Shown: positions 1 to 10,248, numbered from the stretch's first letter. The stretch: DNA of 64,000 nt from a virus (IMGVR_UViG_3300042154_004306), one strand, 5' to 3'. Program-made: numbers and translations. Notes: generated by a model from the letters alone, not told the origin.

Positions 1-1
1 G

Positions 2-1558
2 CCGTTAATTCAGAAGTTAGCTACTTCGCTAGACCTATTTTCCAAGCGAAAATTAATCGTATATGGAATAGATTGTGAAGTCCCCAATATGGGACCAAAC
101 GTAATCGGTCGAACCTTGTCAATTCAATATCACTCAGAACATGATAAGTGGTACTGGAAGCAATCTGCATGCCTTGAATCACTAAACGAAGAATTTGAGA
201 ATTTTATTTGGGTCGACGGCGATATTGTTGCGAATTACACGATCGATAATATTGCCGAGTACTTTAATTTAGTTGATAATTATCCAGTACCAGACGTCCA
301 CATACAAGAAGATTTCGTGGGTTGGCATACAAAACCGGACGGAACTCTAGGTGAGCAATTATTCAATCAAAATATTTGCGAAAAAGAGAAAATTCCTAGA
401 CTTGCAACAAAGTCTCACATTTGCCTCTACCTCTATAATAAGAAGTGTGATTGGTGGTTTGCTGAGATTTTAGAAACCTATAAGAACACAAAACCTGAAG
501 AGTATGGCTTCTACTTCCAATGGAATGATGAGGGTATTGATAACTACTTACGCTGCAAGTATAACTTTCAAAAATTTCTACCAATCTCTAACTTCGATGT
601 TTCTGAATGGGATGGAGAGATTCAAGGATCTAATGGCAAAGCAATGGAACATTTCCTGTCTTTTTGGAGAGAAAACGGGCCAAAGAACTTCGGTAAAATA
701 TACGGATGGCAAAGAATTCCAGCAGATAAATCAAAAATTCTCTATTTTCATGGAAACAAAAATCTAGACTTTGCACAAACCATGATAGACTATGTCAAAT
801 TCCAAAGAGACGGCTCATTTTTTGACTCGGAATACTTTTTTGTTGCTGACAATCAAATAAAGAATTTGGGAGAGATTCGTAATGCTCACGGATCAACCAT
901 GGATATTGCCCATCAATACGGCTGGGATTATGCAATCTATCATGAAATTTATAATTTAGGAGATTATGAACATCCTAGAGAGTCTGCTGAAAAATTAGTT
1001 AAGGTGAGACCTGGAGATGTAGTGGTCGATCTTGGAGGAAATATCGGAATATTTACCAGATACGCGTATCACATGGGAGCAAGTAAGATCATTACCTTTG
1101 AACCGGACCGTAGATACTTTAAGATACTAAAACAAAATGCCCCAGCCAATACAATTCTGTTTAATGCAGCAATCGGCAATGAGGTTGGCAAATTAAGATT
1201 AACTGAAAGCACTCATTTGGGAGGATCTAACCTATGGCATCATGCCGATCCGACTACGACACAATACGATGTTAATACCTACACCCTAAATTACCTACTA
1301 GATAACGGATTGATTGATAAAATCGATTTCTTAAAGGTTGATATTGAGGGCTCTGAGATTATTGCATTGGATGGAATAAGCGATGCTCATCTTTCGAATA
1401 TCAGAAATATCGCAGTTGAGTATCATCATGAACACCTAAAATTCGATGATGAACTTAGAAACAATTTCATTACTCGATTGAATCGACTTGGTTTTAATTC
1501 ATACATGCTAATGTGCGGCTATGATAATGCACTACAATTAATTTACTTCTGGAAATAA
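2..1558 (+). CDS. Glycosyltransferase-like N-terminus fused to FkbM-family methyltransferase (5' end truncated by window edge)
   Basis: Frame is open from position 2. C-terminal half has VVVDLGGNIG, TFEPD, LKVDIEGSE (FkbM motifs); N-terminal half has WVDGD (DxD) and ILYFHG. Confidence 0.8.
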   Translation, partial: PLIQKLATSLDLFSKRKLIVYGIDCEVPNMGPNVIGRTLSIQYHSEHDKWYWKQSACLESLNEEFENFIWVDGDIVANYTIDNIAEYFNLVDNYPVPDVHIQEDFVGWHTKPDGTLGEQLFNQNICEKEKIPRLATKSHICLYLYNKKCDWWFAEILETYKNTKPEEYGFYFQWNDEGIDNYLRCKYNFQKFLPISNFDVSEWDGEIQGSNGKAMEHFLSFWRENGPKNFGKIYGWQRIPADKSKILYFHGNKNLDFAQTMIDYVKFQRDGSFFDSEYFFVADNQIKNLGEIRNAHGSTMDIAHQYGWDYAIYHEIYNLGDYEHPRESAEKLVKVRPGDVVVDLGGNIGIFTRYAYHMGASKIITFEPDRRYFKILKQNAPANTILFNAAIGNEVGKLRLTESTHLGGSNLWHHADPTTTQYDVNTYTLNYLLDNGLIDKIDFLKVDIEGSEIIALDGISDAHLSNIRNIAVEYHHEHLKFDDELRNNFITRLNRLGFNSYMLMCGYDNALQLIYFWK

Positions 1559-1569
1559 ACCCATTTAAA

Positions 1570-2238
1570 ATGAGATCATTAGATAAAATAGCAAAAGCAA
1601 AGGGCACAGATAAATCTTCAGAGCTTCATAACTACTGTGAAAAGTACGAAAAATATTTGCCATTCAATAGATTAGAACCTATTACTCTATTGGAAATTGG
1701 AGTGCTTAACGCAGAATCTCTTGCGACTTGGAGAGAATACTATCCCAATGCAACAATCATCGGCATTGATATTAATCCGGATTGCAAGCAGTATGAAGAT
1801 CAACCGAATAATGTATTCGTTGAAATAGGTTCACAGTATGATGAGGCTTTCCTAAAGTCAATAGTTGATAAATGGGGACCTTTTGATATTGTACTAGATG
1901 ACGGTTCTCACATGAATCACCATGTAATCTTTTCATTTGAACAGCTATTTAGTTCAATCAAACCTTCTGGAGTATACGTTGTCGAGGATGCATGCACTTC
2001 ATATTGGCCAGACTACGGAGGCGGCACTAAAAAACCTGGCACAATGATAGAATACTTCAAAGACCGAGTAGATGAAGTTAATTTCGGCGGAGAATGGCAA
2101 GAGTCCATCACACACAGTCACGCACGTCGTGAAGACTTGTTAATTGAACAATTCAAACGAAAGGGCTATAATTTCATAGGAACTCAAGTCGAGTCCTTAA
2201 ATTTCCTAAACAGCATAATCATAATAACAAAAAGATAA
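1570..2238 (+). CDS. Class I SAM-dependent O-methyltransferase (MycE/Methyltransf_24-like)
   Basis: LLEIGV, GIDI, FDIVLDDGSH and GVYVVED motifs. Confidence 0.85.
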   Translation: MRSLDKIAKAKGTDKSSELHNYCEKYEKYLPFNRLEPITLLEIGVLNAESLATWREYYPNATIIGIDINPDCKQYEDQPNNVFVEIGSQYDEAFLKSIVDKWGPFDIVLDDGSHMNHHVIFSFEQLFSSIKPSGVYVVEDACTSYWPDYGGGTKKPGTMIEYFKDRVDEVNFGGEWQESITHSHARREDLLIEQFKRKGYNFIGTQVESLNFLNSIIIITKR

Positions 2239-2246
2239 CAATTATA

Positions 2247-5024
2247 ATGGCACACAAAGAACAGCAGGACTTTTGTAAAAAAATGAAAGCTAATTTTCCA
2301 AAATACTTTCAAAATAAAAAAGTATTAGATATTGGCTCCCTAGACGTTAATGGCAATAATCGATTCTTATTCGATGATTGCAACTATATTGGCCTTGACG
2401 TCGGAGATGGTAAAAACGTTGATGTAGTTTTTCCAGGCCATAAGTACGATGCTCCAGACGAGCAATTTGATGTAATTATCTCAACTGAAGTATTTGAACA
2501 TGATATGTATTATGAATCAACCATTCAAAATATTATCAGAATGCTAAAACCTGGAGGAATGTTTATTTTTACATGTGCTTCAGGTCAACGCCCTGAGCAT
2601 GGAACACTTCGCCGTGGAGAGCATGACGCTCCATTATTAATTCAGCAATCTCCAGAATGGGCAAATTACTATAAAAATTTAGAGAAGGAAGACTTTTTAG
2701 CAATTAATGAGTTTAAGAATGCATTCCCTGATGGAATATTCGAAGTAGGTTCACATGGCATGTATAACCACGAATGGGATGATCAGCTAATGCACAATAT
2801 TCATTCTGACATTTATTTCTTTGGAGTTAAAGGCGGCATTGCAAACGACCTTAAATTTTCACCAGACCACAGGCCGTCTCAAACTCAACCTGGAGAATAT
2901 TCAGACGATATTTTTGTTGTTGACACCTGGCCCAACACTCCAGAAAAGGAGGCTGATCTTATTGAGTGCATTAGGAAACTTAGAGAATTTAGCGGCATTC
3001 CGATCTTGTTAGTGTCTCACTATGCAATAAAACCTGAAATTCAAAAATTAGTAGATTACTATATTTTCGACAAAGATAATCCTCTTTTGCTAAACAAAGA
3101 TTTTGATTCAGTTAGCTCTTTTGCTAGCGGTAGATGGACTGCTACTAATGAATACCGAGTGGATAACTACATGGCCTACCATCATGATTATGCTATTTGG
3201 CAATCAATGACTCATGCCTTTAATTTTTGTAAGTATTTAGGTAAAAAGATGATACACTTTATGGAATACGATTGTCTGCTTGACACATTTCAGTATCGCC
3301 AAACCTTTTTAGAACAGGCTCGCAATCATGACGCCGTGATCTATGAATATCGTAAAGGTTCTGCAGCAGATCAACACCTATCTGCGTACATGGCAACCTA
3401 CATATTTTCAATAAAAACTGATATTGCCGTTGAGATGATGAAGCAGGTAAATTCAATTCAAGAATACTATTCGAATCGACCTGAAAGTTGGCAGCTTGAA
3501 AGACTTTTCTTAAGGTGCTTAACTGAACAAACTTCCAACATTCTAGTAAGTAAATACATTGCAAACTCAAACGAATTAAATACTCAAGCAGTTTGGAATA
3601 GAGATGGAATTCTCAGAAATGATGCAAAATTCCAGGTTTATCCATGTGCTGATGTAAATGGCAACTTTTACGTTCATCTTATTTCAGGATTTCACGAAGC
3701 GTCAGCTGATTCGGATTATCTACTTGAAATCAAATACGCAGGTCTCACTAAATTCGTAACTCTAACCATAGGTCAAATGACTCTAATTCACTTGGGAAAA
3801 TACAGTAAAGGTCAGACGATTAAAGTAAATTATTTAGGAGTTGAGGCATTCTCTGAATTTTTACAAGACGAGCTAGCCGAGTTCTTAAAAATGAATATTG
3901 TAACTTTGCCAAATGGTGCAGAACCTACGGTTGAAGTTTTTTATAATTTCGTGGACGGTGCATACGTTGAGATAAAATCAGATTCACCAAGTCCTTATAA
4001 AGTGTCATTTATCGATGATGATTCTGGTGTTACCCATTTTTCGACAACCCTTACTTCCGGTCATTGGGCTAAAACCGGGATCCAGTACTTCAAGAATTGG
4101 AGAATCGAGATTACGGACTCATTTAATAAGGTAATCGAGTCCGCTAAATATGACGCTGCCGGCCAACGAGTTTACATCGCCCTTGAGTCAAAAGCGCTAG
4201 GTGATACTTTTGCATGGCTGCCGTATGTTGAGGAGTTTAGAAAAAAGCATGATTGCGCAGTAATCTGCTCAACATTTCATAATCAATTATTTAAAGCGAC
4301 TTATCCAAATATCGGGTTCATTGAGCCAGGTAGTCCAATCGGTGGCGTGTACGCGCTTTACAGATTGGGTTGGTTTAACCATGGAGACCGCTTCGATGCG
4401 GACCGAAATCCTAGAGATTTTAAATTAGGTCCTTTGCAACGAACTGCTTCTGATATATTAGGTTTAGAGTATCGAGAGGTTAGACCGGTAATTTACCGCC
4501 CTGCTCGAAAATTGACAAAGAAGGTAGGCCTTGGAATTCACAGCACAGCTCAAGCAAAATATTGGAATAACTCAACTGGCTGGCAAGAGGTTACTGATTG
4601 GCTAATCGAAAATGGATATGAGCCCGTAATCTTGTCTAGGGAAGAAGACGGCTACATGGGAAATCCAAATCCAGTTGGAGCTGTTCAGCTTGTGCCAGGC
4701 CCGTTAAAGAGCGTCATTCACGAACTCTCTGAGTGTCAAGCATTCATAGGTATCAGTAGTGGATTGACCTGGTTAGCATGGGCTACCGATACGCCAACTG
4801 TTCAAATTTCCGGATTCACGGAACCTTTCAATGAGCCTAATGAGGGTATTATTAAGATATCTGCCCCAGCTGGCGCATGCTCAGGTTGTGCTAATCGATC
4901 AAAATTTGATCCAGGAGATTGGAACTGGTGCCCGGACCAAAAGGGCACGGACCGCCAATTTGAGTGCTCAAAATTAATCAGTGCAGACCGGGTAATCGCT
5001 AAACTAAGGGAGATTCTCGTATAG
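2247..5024 (+). CDS. Methyltransferase fused to TibC/Aah-like (autotransporter-type) O-heptosyltransferase
   Basis: N-terminal VLDIGSLD/FDVIISTEVFEH. C-terminal ALGDTFAWLPYVEEFRKKH, FIGISSGLTWLAWA and CSGC...WCP...FEC iron-finger cysteines. Confidence 0.8.
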   Translation: MAHKEQQDFCKKMKANFPKYFQNKKVLDIGSLDVNGNNRFLFDDCNYIGLDVGDGKNVDVVFPGHKYDAPDEQFDVIISTEVFEHDMYYESTIQNIIRMLKPGGMFIFTCASGQRPEHGTLRRGEHDAPLLIQQSPEWANYYKNLEKEDFLAINEFKNAFPDGIFEVGSHGMYNHEWDDQLMHNIHSDIYFFGVKGGIANDLKFSPDHRPSQTQPGEYSDDIFVVDTWPNTPEKEADLIECIRKLREFSGIPILLVSHYAIKPEIQKLVDYYIFDKDNPLLLNKDFDSVSSFASGRWTATNEYRVDNYMAYHHDYAIWQSMTHAFNFCKYLGKKMIHFMEYDCLLDTFQYRQTFLEQARNHDAVIYEYRKGSAADQHLSAYMATYIFSIKTDIAVEMMKQVNSIQEYYSNRPESWQLERLFLRCLTEQTSNILVSKYIANSNELNTQAVWNRDGILRNDAKFQVYPCADVNGNFYVHLISGFHEASADSDYLLEIKYAGLTKFVTLTIGQMTLIHLGKYSKGQTIKVNYLGVEAFSEFLQDELAEFLKMNIVTLPNGAEPTVEVFYNFVDGAYVEIKSDSPSPYKVSFIDDDSGVTHFSTTLTSGHWAKTGIQYFKNWRIEITDSFNKVIESAKYDAAGQRVYIALESKALGDTFAWLPYVEEFRKKHDCAVICSTFHNQLFKATYPNIGFIEPGSPIGGVYALYRLGWFNHGDRFDADRNPRDFKLGPLQRTASDILGLEYREVRPVIYRPARKLTKKVGLGIHSTAQAKYWNNSTGWQEVTDWLIENGYEPVILSREEDGYMGNPNPVGAVQLVPGPLKSVIHELSECQAFIGISSGLTWLAWATDTPTVQISGFTEPFNEPNEGIIKISAPAGACSGCANRSKFDPGDWNWCPDQKGTDRQFECSKLISADRVIAKLREILV

Positions 5025-5034
5025 ATAATTCTAT

Positions 5035-5649
5035 ATGATATTAAACGCCAGACAGAACAGTTTTTTCATAAACTTCCCACCGGATTTCTTTAATCAGACG
5101 GTGCAAGATAAGTACAGTAAGTACTACCGAAGTTTATTATTGCCGTATAAATCGCTACCTGATTTCATGGCATCAACCGTGCAGACAATAAATTTTCCAG
5201 GATTCACATCGAGCCTACAGACCCAAACCAGAACATTGGGCAAGCTACAAGAGGTGCAAAGCTCAAAACCAATAGCAGACCAATTCACACGAGAGCTGAA
5301 AATAACTTTCAAGTTAACTGATGCCTATTTAAACTATTTCATCTTTTTAGATAATGCACTAAACTATCTTGAACCGGCAAACGTCTCACCTGAAAACTCT
5401 CAAAACTCGTTAGGCCAAGCTCTATCGGTACCTGCGACAGCTAACGGTAATCATCCGTTCTTTCATCCGATCAGGTTGACTCTATTAAATAATGAGGGTT
5501 ACGCGGTCTCTTCGATTATTTTCAACAGACCCATGCTAAAATCACTTAGTGAAATGAACTTATCGTATTCTTCGGTAACTCCTCAATTCACGACGTTCAC
5601 CACGACTTTCCAATATTATAATTTTGATTTAGAGCTAGACTTTGATTAA
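5035..5649 (+). CDS. Putative tail tube/tail completion-fold protein
   Basis: Beta-rich pattern with a C-terminal LSEMNLSYSS...FTTTFQY typical of tube-fold proteins; adjacent to tail genes. Confidence 0.45.
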   Translation: MILNARQNSFFINFPPDFFNQTVQDKYSKYYRSLLLPYKSLPDFMASTVQTINFPGFTSSLQTQTRTLGKLQEVQSSKPIADQFTRELKITFKLTDAYLNYFIFLDNALNYLEPANVSPENSQNSLGQALSVPATANGNHPFFHPIRLTLLNNEGYAVSSIIFNRPMLKSLSEMNLSYSSVTPQFTTFTTTFQYYNFDLELDFD

Positions 5650-6386
5650 GGCTGCTCGTTCCAACCGGTTGAGATTGGATCTCCGCCTTCAGTGCGACGA
5701 CTAACATTAATTCTTTCCATAACATTAGAGCTTTTACGTTTAGATGTGGTTTCAAAACTAGGCAAGTAGGTTTCAACATCCATCGATAAGTTAATATTAA
5801 TTTTGTTATTGTCGGTCAGTGTAAATTTATATTGTTTCTCAACCGTTTCTGTTGCTGGAAACTGGAACTGCGCTGGAATTCGGACTCCATTGTACTGAAA
5901 GTAAACCACCCGATTTGCGTAGTTAAGGTGCAGCATGTTCTCAGCGATTTTGAAAGCCTTGTTCAAATTATCACAAATAATCTTTATTTCAAATTTAACC
6001 GACATCGGAAAGGAGAATAGTTGAGCAGAATATCCAGTTAAGACATTTTGGTCATTATCGCCCCTTTCAGTTTCAGTAAAACTACCTCTAACAAACTTAT
6101 TAGTAATGTCTGATGTTTTTACCTGAAAGCTAGATAGTGTAACAATACCTCTAGGAATAATATCATAGGTTCCTTCAGCTACTGGAATTCTGCAGTTATC
6201 AGGCAGTCCAATATAAAAATCTTTTAGGAAACCTTCGTCGGTTCCGTAATTATAAACGAAAGGCACTCTAAATTCTTCTCGATGATCTTCCCTAGCAATG
6301 GTCAATACCATTTCGCCGTTTAGTAGATCAAGTAGAGCAATCGTTAAGTTCCTTAGGAAAATGTCATCTGTGTTAAGAGTCTTCAT
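5646..6386 (-). CDS. Tail sheath stabilizer/terminator (T4 gp15-like)
   Basis: VPFVYNYG, IIPRG and FPMSVKFEIKI...FKIAENML resemble gp15; late promoter at 6391-6398. Confidence 0.65.
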   Translation of the reverse strand: MKTLNTDDIFLRNLTIALLDLLNGEMVLTIAREDHREEFRVPFVYNYGTDEGFLKDFYIGLPDNCRIPVAEGTYDIIPRGIVTLSSFQVKTSDITNKFVRGSFTETERGDNDQNVLTGYSAQLFSFPMSVKFEIKIICDNLNKAFKIAENMLHLNYANRVVYFQYNGVRIPAQFQFPATETVEKQYKFTLTDNNKININLSMDVETYLPSFETTSKRKSSNVMERINVSRRTEGGDPISTGWNEQP

Positions 6387-6390
6387 GAAG

Positions 6391-7044
6391 TTATTTATTT
6401 GAGCTCACTCGACCCAATAGATAACCCTCTTTGGCATAATGATCAAGCTCGGCCAATTTAACCTTGACAGGTTTTTCACCAGGCCGGTGCATCCACCTTG
6501 TGCCGAATTGACTATTTTTTTCGCCACTCTGTTGTATTGAGTTCGCGGTTGCAATCTTTTTCCGGGTCTCATCCGAGTGAGATCTACCTGACCAGTCTGG
6601 AGTTTTTGCAATCTTACCGTTTAGATAGGCCCTTTTATTTGCAATCGACATTTTTAGAGAGTGAGCCTCCGCGTAGTCAAGGTCTTCCTTGATTAGGGCT
6701 GCTGTACGCTGTCCACCAGCTGACGCGCATTTAATCTGATGTGAGTCATTGATGAATCCTCCGTCTCCACCTAGTCTAAGATTCATGCACATTGGATCAG
6801 ACAGCATATCTTCATTGACTAATTCTCTTTCCCTAGTTTTTAATTCAAGTCGGTCTGATAAAAATTCAAGAATCTCAAGTGTGTGATTAGTTCTTCCGTG
6901 TTTATTAATGGAAAGCCATAATCTACGGCCACTCCCAATATAGCAATCCTTCAAATTAGATGTTGAATGCATGCCTATGTAATATTTACTAGTTACAGAG
7001 CAAGTCGTCTTATAAATGTAATGATATTTGTGTTGTTTTGACAT
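6391..7044 (-). CDS. Free-standing GIY-YIG homing endonuclease with NUMOD3-like motif
   Basis: YIYKTT...YYIGMH...YIGSG, MCMNL, HSDETRKKIA, GEKNSQFGT. Confidence 0.85.
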   Translation of the reverse strand: MSKQHKYHYIYKTTCSVTSKYYIGMHSTSNLKDCYIGSGRRLWLSINKHGRTNHTLEILEFLSDRLELKTRERELVNEDMLSDPMCMNLRLGGDGGFINDSHQIKCASAGGQRTAALIKEDLDYAEAHSLKMSIANKRAYLNGKIAKTPDWSGRSHSDETRKKIATANSIQQSGEKNSQFGTRWMHRPGEKPVKVKLAELDHYAKEGYLLGRVSSNK

Positions 7045-7046
7045 AA

Positions 7047-7094
7047 TTTGACACTCAGTCTTTTGTTTTTATTTATATAAGACCGAGTGCCAAA
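7047..7094 (-). promoter_or_regulatory. 16-bp RNA hairpin over the endonuclease start region, with late promoter TATAAATA in its loop
   Basis: Arms at 7047-7062 and 7079-7094; the two DNA mismatches are G-U pairs on the minus-strand RNA. TATAAATA at 7070-7077 (minus). Confidence 0.8.
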
Positions 7095-7104
7095 ATAGTC
7101 ACAG

Positions 7105-7471
7105 TGGAGATGACGGGAATCGAACCCGTGTCCGTTTAACCTTCAACTACACCCTCGTTCACACGCTTGGTCCGATTTTCTAACTGGACAAAATATCTCA
7201 TTCCTTAACGACTTAGAGAGAAAAGTCGGTAGCGGTTCGACTTGGCCGCTACGCCATGCTGGTTTTGCAACTTTGGGTTAGTCAAGCAGTTGCCGCTTGG
7301 TCACTTATGCAGCTAAAAGCTCTTCAGCGACAGGAGTGTTAACGCCTTGGTTAACTAGGCTCCAGAAGTTAGTGTTGCCACTTAAAAATTGCGATACGTT
7401 TTAGCGAGTCTTAGCATCATCCTCGGCGTGCGAGCGTACCTGAACTGTCAACGTCAAAGCCAGGCATCCCC
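7105..7471 (-). ncRNA. ssrA: tmRNA
   Basis: 5' GGGGATG pairs with 3' CATCTCC-A, giving a G3-U70 alanine identity pair. T-arm ACGGGTTCGATTCCCGT. Tag ORF 7379-7305 = GNTNFWSLVNQGVNTPVAEELLAA*. Confidence 0.95.
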
Positions 7472-7481
7472 ATATAAGGTT

Positions 7482-7500
7482 ATTATACTACATTATTTAT
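7482..7500 (-). promoter_or_regulatory. Tandem middle-type (TAGTATAAT) and late-type (ATAAATAA) promoters for tmRNA
   Basis: ATTATACTA at 7482-7490 and TTATTTAT at 7493-7500 on the + strand, just upstream of the tmRNA 5' end. Confidence 0.65.
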
Positions 7501-7566
7501 AAATGGTCAGTTGTCTCACAAGTTTAAACCCGCCTGATAAATAACCTAAAATAAGTCACCCTTTAA

Positions 7567-9261
7567 ATGGCAGACATTAGTAACTCAAATACCAGCTTAC
7601 GGCTGTTCACCAATCTGAAAATAAGAGTCAGAGATATACTTGGCGAAAGCATTCAGTTCCTACAGGAAAAATTCAAACAGAGCCGATCCGTGTTTACGGC
7701 AGCTTCTCCATTCGGTCAGCTCTTGATCGTGGTAGAAAACTTAAGCCAATTGATCTTTTACTACATTGAGGATGCTGTCACCGAATTAAATATCAATGAG
7801 GCAAGTAGAGTCTCTTCGATCTACTCATTAGCGAGCCTTGCCGGCCATAATCCAAGCCGTGCGATCGGAGCGACCGGCCAAATCCGGCTGATTCGCAAGC
7901 CCAATATCAATCAGTCGGCCTCTAAAGTAATCTTGAACAACCTATTTAGAGTTAGATGTGAAAATAATGGACTGCTCTATGCAATCGAACTTGTCCAAGA
8001 AGATGTTCGGCTTGCCTTAACTGGTGCAGAGACTCCAGCAATCTTCAATATTAGACAAGGTCAAATTGAGTCACAGTCATTCACGGCCAAGGGTCAAGCC
8101 TTTGAGAGCTATCAGCTTGGAGCCCCAAACAATTTTTATATCGATAATTTCATGGTCAATGTTTACATCAATGGAGAACAATGGACCAAGTACGAGTCTC
8201 TGCTAGACATTCCTAGAAATGCAAAAGGCTTTATTGCAAAAACCGGCATAACCAACGGGCTGGACCTCTATTTCGGTAATGGTTCATTCGGTAAGATCCC
8301 GACGGTCGGTGCAACGATTGTCGTTGAGTACTTAACCACCGACGGTTCTGCAGGTAATGTTAAAACGGATGATCCAAAACAGGTACTATTTAGTTTTCTG
8401 GATACAGGCTTCTCTCCAATCGGCGAAGAGATTACAATGGCGGACTACTTTACGATCATAACCGTAAGTCCTCCAAATTTTGGTGTTGATCCGGAAGACC
8501 CGGTCCTAACCAGACTAATCGCACCAAGAGCCTCAAAGAGTTTTGCGCTCGTTAACCTAGACAATTACGAGATTCTTTTGCAAAAGTTACAAATGTTCTC
8601 AACCATTAAAGTTTTCTTGGATCAAGATGCCAGCGGTAATATCCTAGACTCAAGAATGATTAACCTGTTCCTGGTACCGGACGTATCACAGATTTTCAAT
8701 AATGGAACCGACTACTTTAACCTAGCCACCTCCAACTTCAAGTTAACCGCTTTCCAAAAGAACGAGCTATTGAAGTACATTGAGAAGTCCGGAACCAAAA
8801 TGATTTCGTCGGACCTAAAGATCGTTGATCCAAAAATCGCTAGATACGTCTTAAACGTCAGTATCATTGCATTCGATGATATTACCGCAGATATCATAAA
8901 ATCAGATATTGCTGATGCGGTCGGCAACTACTTCATTAAGTTAAAGAGACAGGATCGAGTTCCCAAGAGTGATTTGATTAGAGTAATTGAAGAGCTAAAG
9001 GGCGTTGATTCAGTAAACGTTAACATAATTGGAGAGGCGAATGAAAATGCACTAATCACGAATCCATCTTCAACCACGCTAGTTGGACTAGATGAATTTA
9101 ATGATATCGTAATTGGCCTTGATGAATTTCCGGTAATCCGAGGAGGTTGGAAAGACTCACAAGGTAATCAATACTCTGAAGGCATATCTGATACTTCACT
9201 AGGTGCCCTAAATATCCAAATCAAAGCTCAAATACCTCGTAAAAATATTGGTATCCTATGA
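7567..9261 (+). CDS. Baseplate wedge protein (T4 gp6-like)
   Basis: ASRVSSIYSLASLAGHNP, LYFGNGSFGKIP, VEYLTTDGSAGN, VNLDNYE; late promoter at 7537-7544. Confidence 0.8.
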   Translation: MADISNSNTSLRLFTNLKIRVRDILGESIQFLQEKFKQSRSVFTAASPFGQLLIVVENLSQLIFYYIEDAVTELNINEASRVSSIYSLASLAGHNPSRAIGATGQIRLIRKPNINQSASKVILNNLFRVRCENNGLLYAIELVQEDVRLALTGAETPAIFNIRQGQIESQSFTAKGQAFESYQLGAPNNFYIDNFMVNVYINGEQWTKYESLLDIPRNAKGFIAKTGITNGLDLYFGNGSFGKIPTVGATIVVEYLTTDGSAGNVKTDDPKQVLFSFLDTGFSPIGEEITMADYFTIITVSPPNFGVDPEDPVLTRLIAPRASKSFALVNLDNYEILLQKLQMFSTIKVFLDQDASGNILDSRMINLFLVPDVSQIFNNGTDYFNLATSNFKLTAFQKNELLKYIEKSGTKMISSDLKIVDPKIARYVLNVSIIAFDDITADIIKSDIADAVGNYFIKLKRQDRVPKSDLIRVIEELKGVDSVNVNIIGEANENALITNPSSTTLVGLDEFNDIVIGLDEFPVIRGGWKDSQGNQYSEGISDTSLGALNIQIKAQIPRKNIGIL

Positions 9262-9503
9262 TAAGAAACTCTTTATACCAAGTTGTGTACAATAGAAAAG
9301 ACAAGCGCCTTCACCTAGGGTACAGGTACAAGAATGCCCTAATGAAAAGGATCCTGTCTAACCAGATGTTTGGAGCAAATCCGATTTTGGACGCTTTCAT
9401 TGCCTATCTAGAAGCCTATCTGTATGAGCATATCGAAGCAGTTAAGCAAATAAAGATTTTTGCAAATCCTGCACTGGACAAAAACGAAAACAGACTCAAC
9501 TAA
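9258..9503 (+). CDS. Hypothetical protein, probably baseplate-associated
   Basis: Translationally coupled to the gp6-like gene. Confidence 0.5.
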   Translation: MIRNSLYQVVYNRKDKRLHLGYRYKNALMKRILSNQMFGANPILDAFIAYLEAYLYEHIEAVKQIKIFANPALDKNENRLN

Positions 9504-9507
9504 TTCC

Positions 9508-10248
9508 ATGAGTGGAGTATTCACAAAAGAAAAAAAGGCACAAATCAAAAGTGAGCTTGAGGATCTGCTGAAAAATTATTCAGGAGGACCTACTCCAGAA
9601 GAGGACAATATTGATGAACAGCTTGCTGAGATCGCTGCTGCTCCCCCGTTAGACTTCATTGAAATGAATTCCGAATTTGAGAAAAAGGCCAGGGACATAA
9701 CCGGCTCAATGCTCAAATTCTATGTTGATCTTGGCGTCATCGAAAAGCACGACTATATCAAACAAAAACAGATGCTTGATAACTCAAGCATTCAAAATAT
9801 TTTCTTTCAGCTAAAAACAATCCGAATGGCAATTGAAAAAATTGCAGAGGAGATAAACCAAGGCAATACTCATCCCAGACTATTTGAGGTATTTGGGCAA
9901 CTACAAGATAAATTAACAACGGTCGTTAAGACTCAAGCGAATTACATGCTATTCCTAGAGGATACCTATCGTAAGATGAATCAGGAAATCACTCAACGCG
10001 ACACAAATCCAGAATCATCTCAACGAGCCCTACCGACGAGCACAACCGATTATTACATAACAGCCGGCACAAAAAATCTAATGAAAGAGATTGACGCAAT
10101 CGAGGTTGAGGAGGACTTGTCTGACACCAGACACTTAACTCACCCATCCAAAAAAGTAGAAGTTATGGTTGCACGCGGAATTTCAAACGCTGTGATACAA
10201 GATGATGATACAACCGACTTCTTAGATGACGTTAACTCATTAATATGA
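9508..10248 (+). CDS. Terminase small subunit (T4 gp16-like)
   Basis: HPRLFEVFGQL motif; directly upstream of terL. ATG at 9508 preferred as start. Confidence 0.7.
   Translation: MSGVFTKEKKAQIKSELEDLLKNYSGGPTPEEDNIDEQLAEIAAAPPLDFIEMNSEFEKKARDITGSMLKFYVDLGVIEKHDYIKQKQMLDNSSIQNIFFQLKTIRMAIEKIAEEINQGNTHPRLFEVFGQLQDKLTTVVKTQANYMLFLEDTYRKMNQEITQRDTNPESSQRALPTSTTDYYITAGTKNLMKEIDAIEVEEDLSDTRHLTHPSKKVEVMVARGISNAVIQDDDTTDFLDDVNSLI

Noticed and set aside
7105-7135. tRNA gene
   Set aside because: The T-arm and acceptor stem pair with a 5' end about 340 nt away around a tag ORF, so this is tmRNA.
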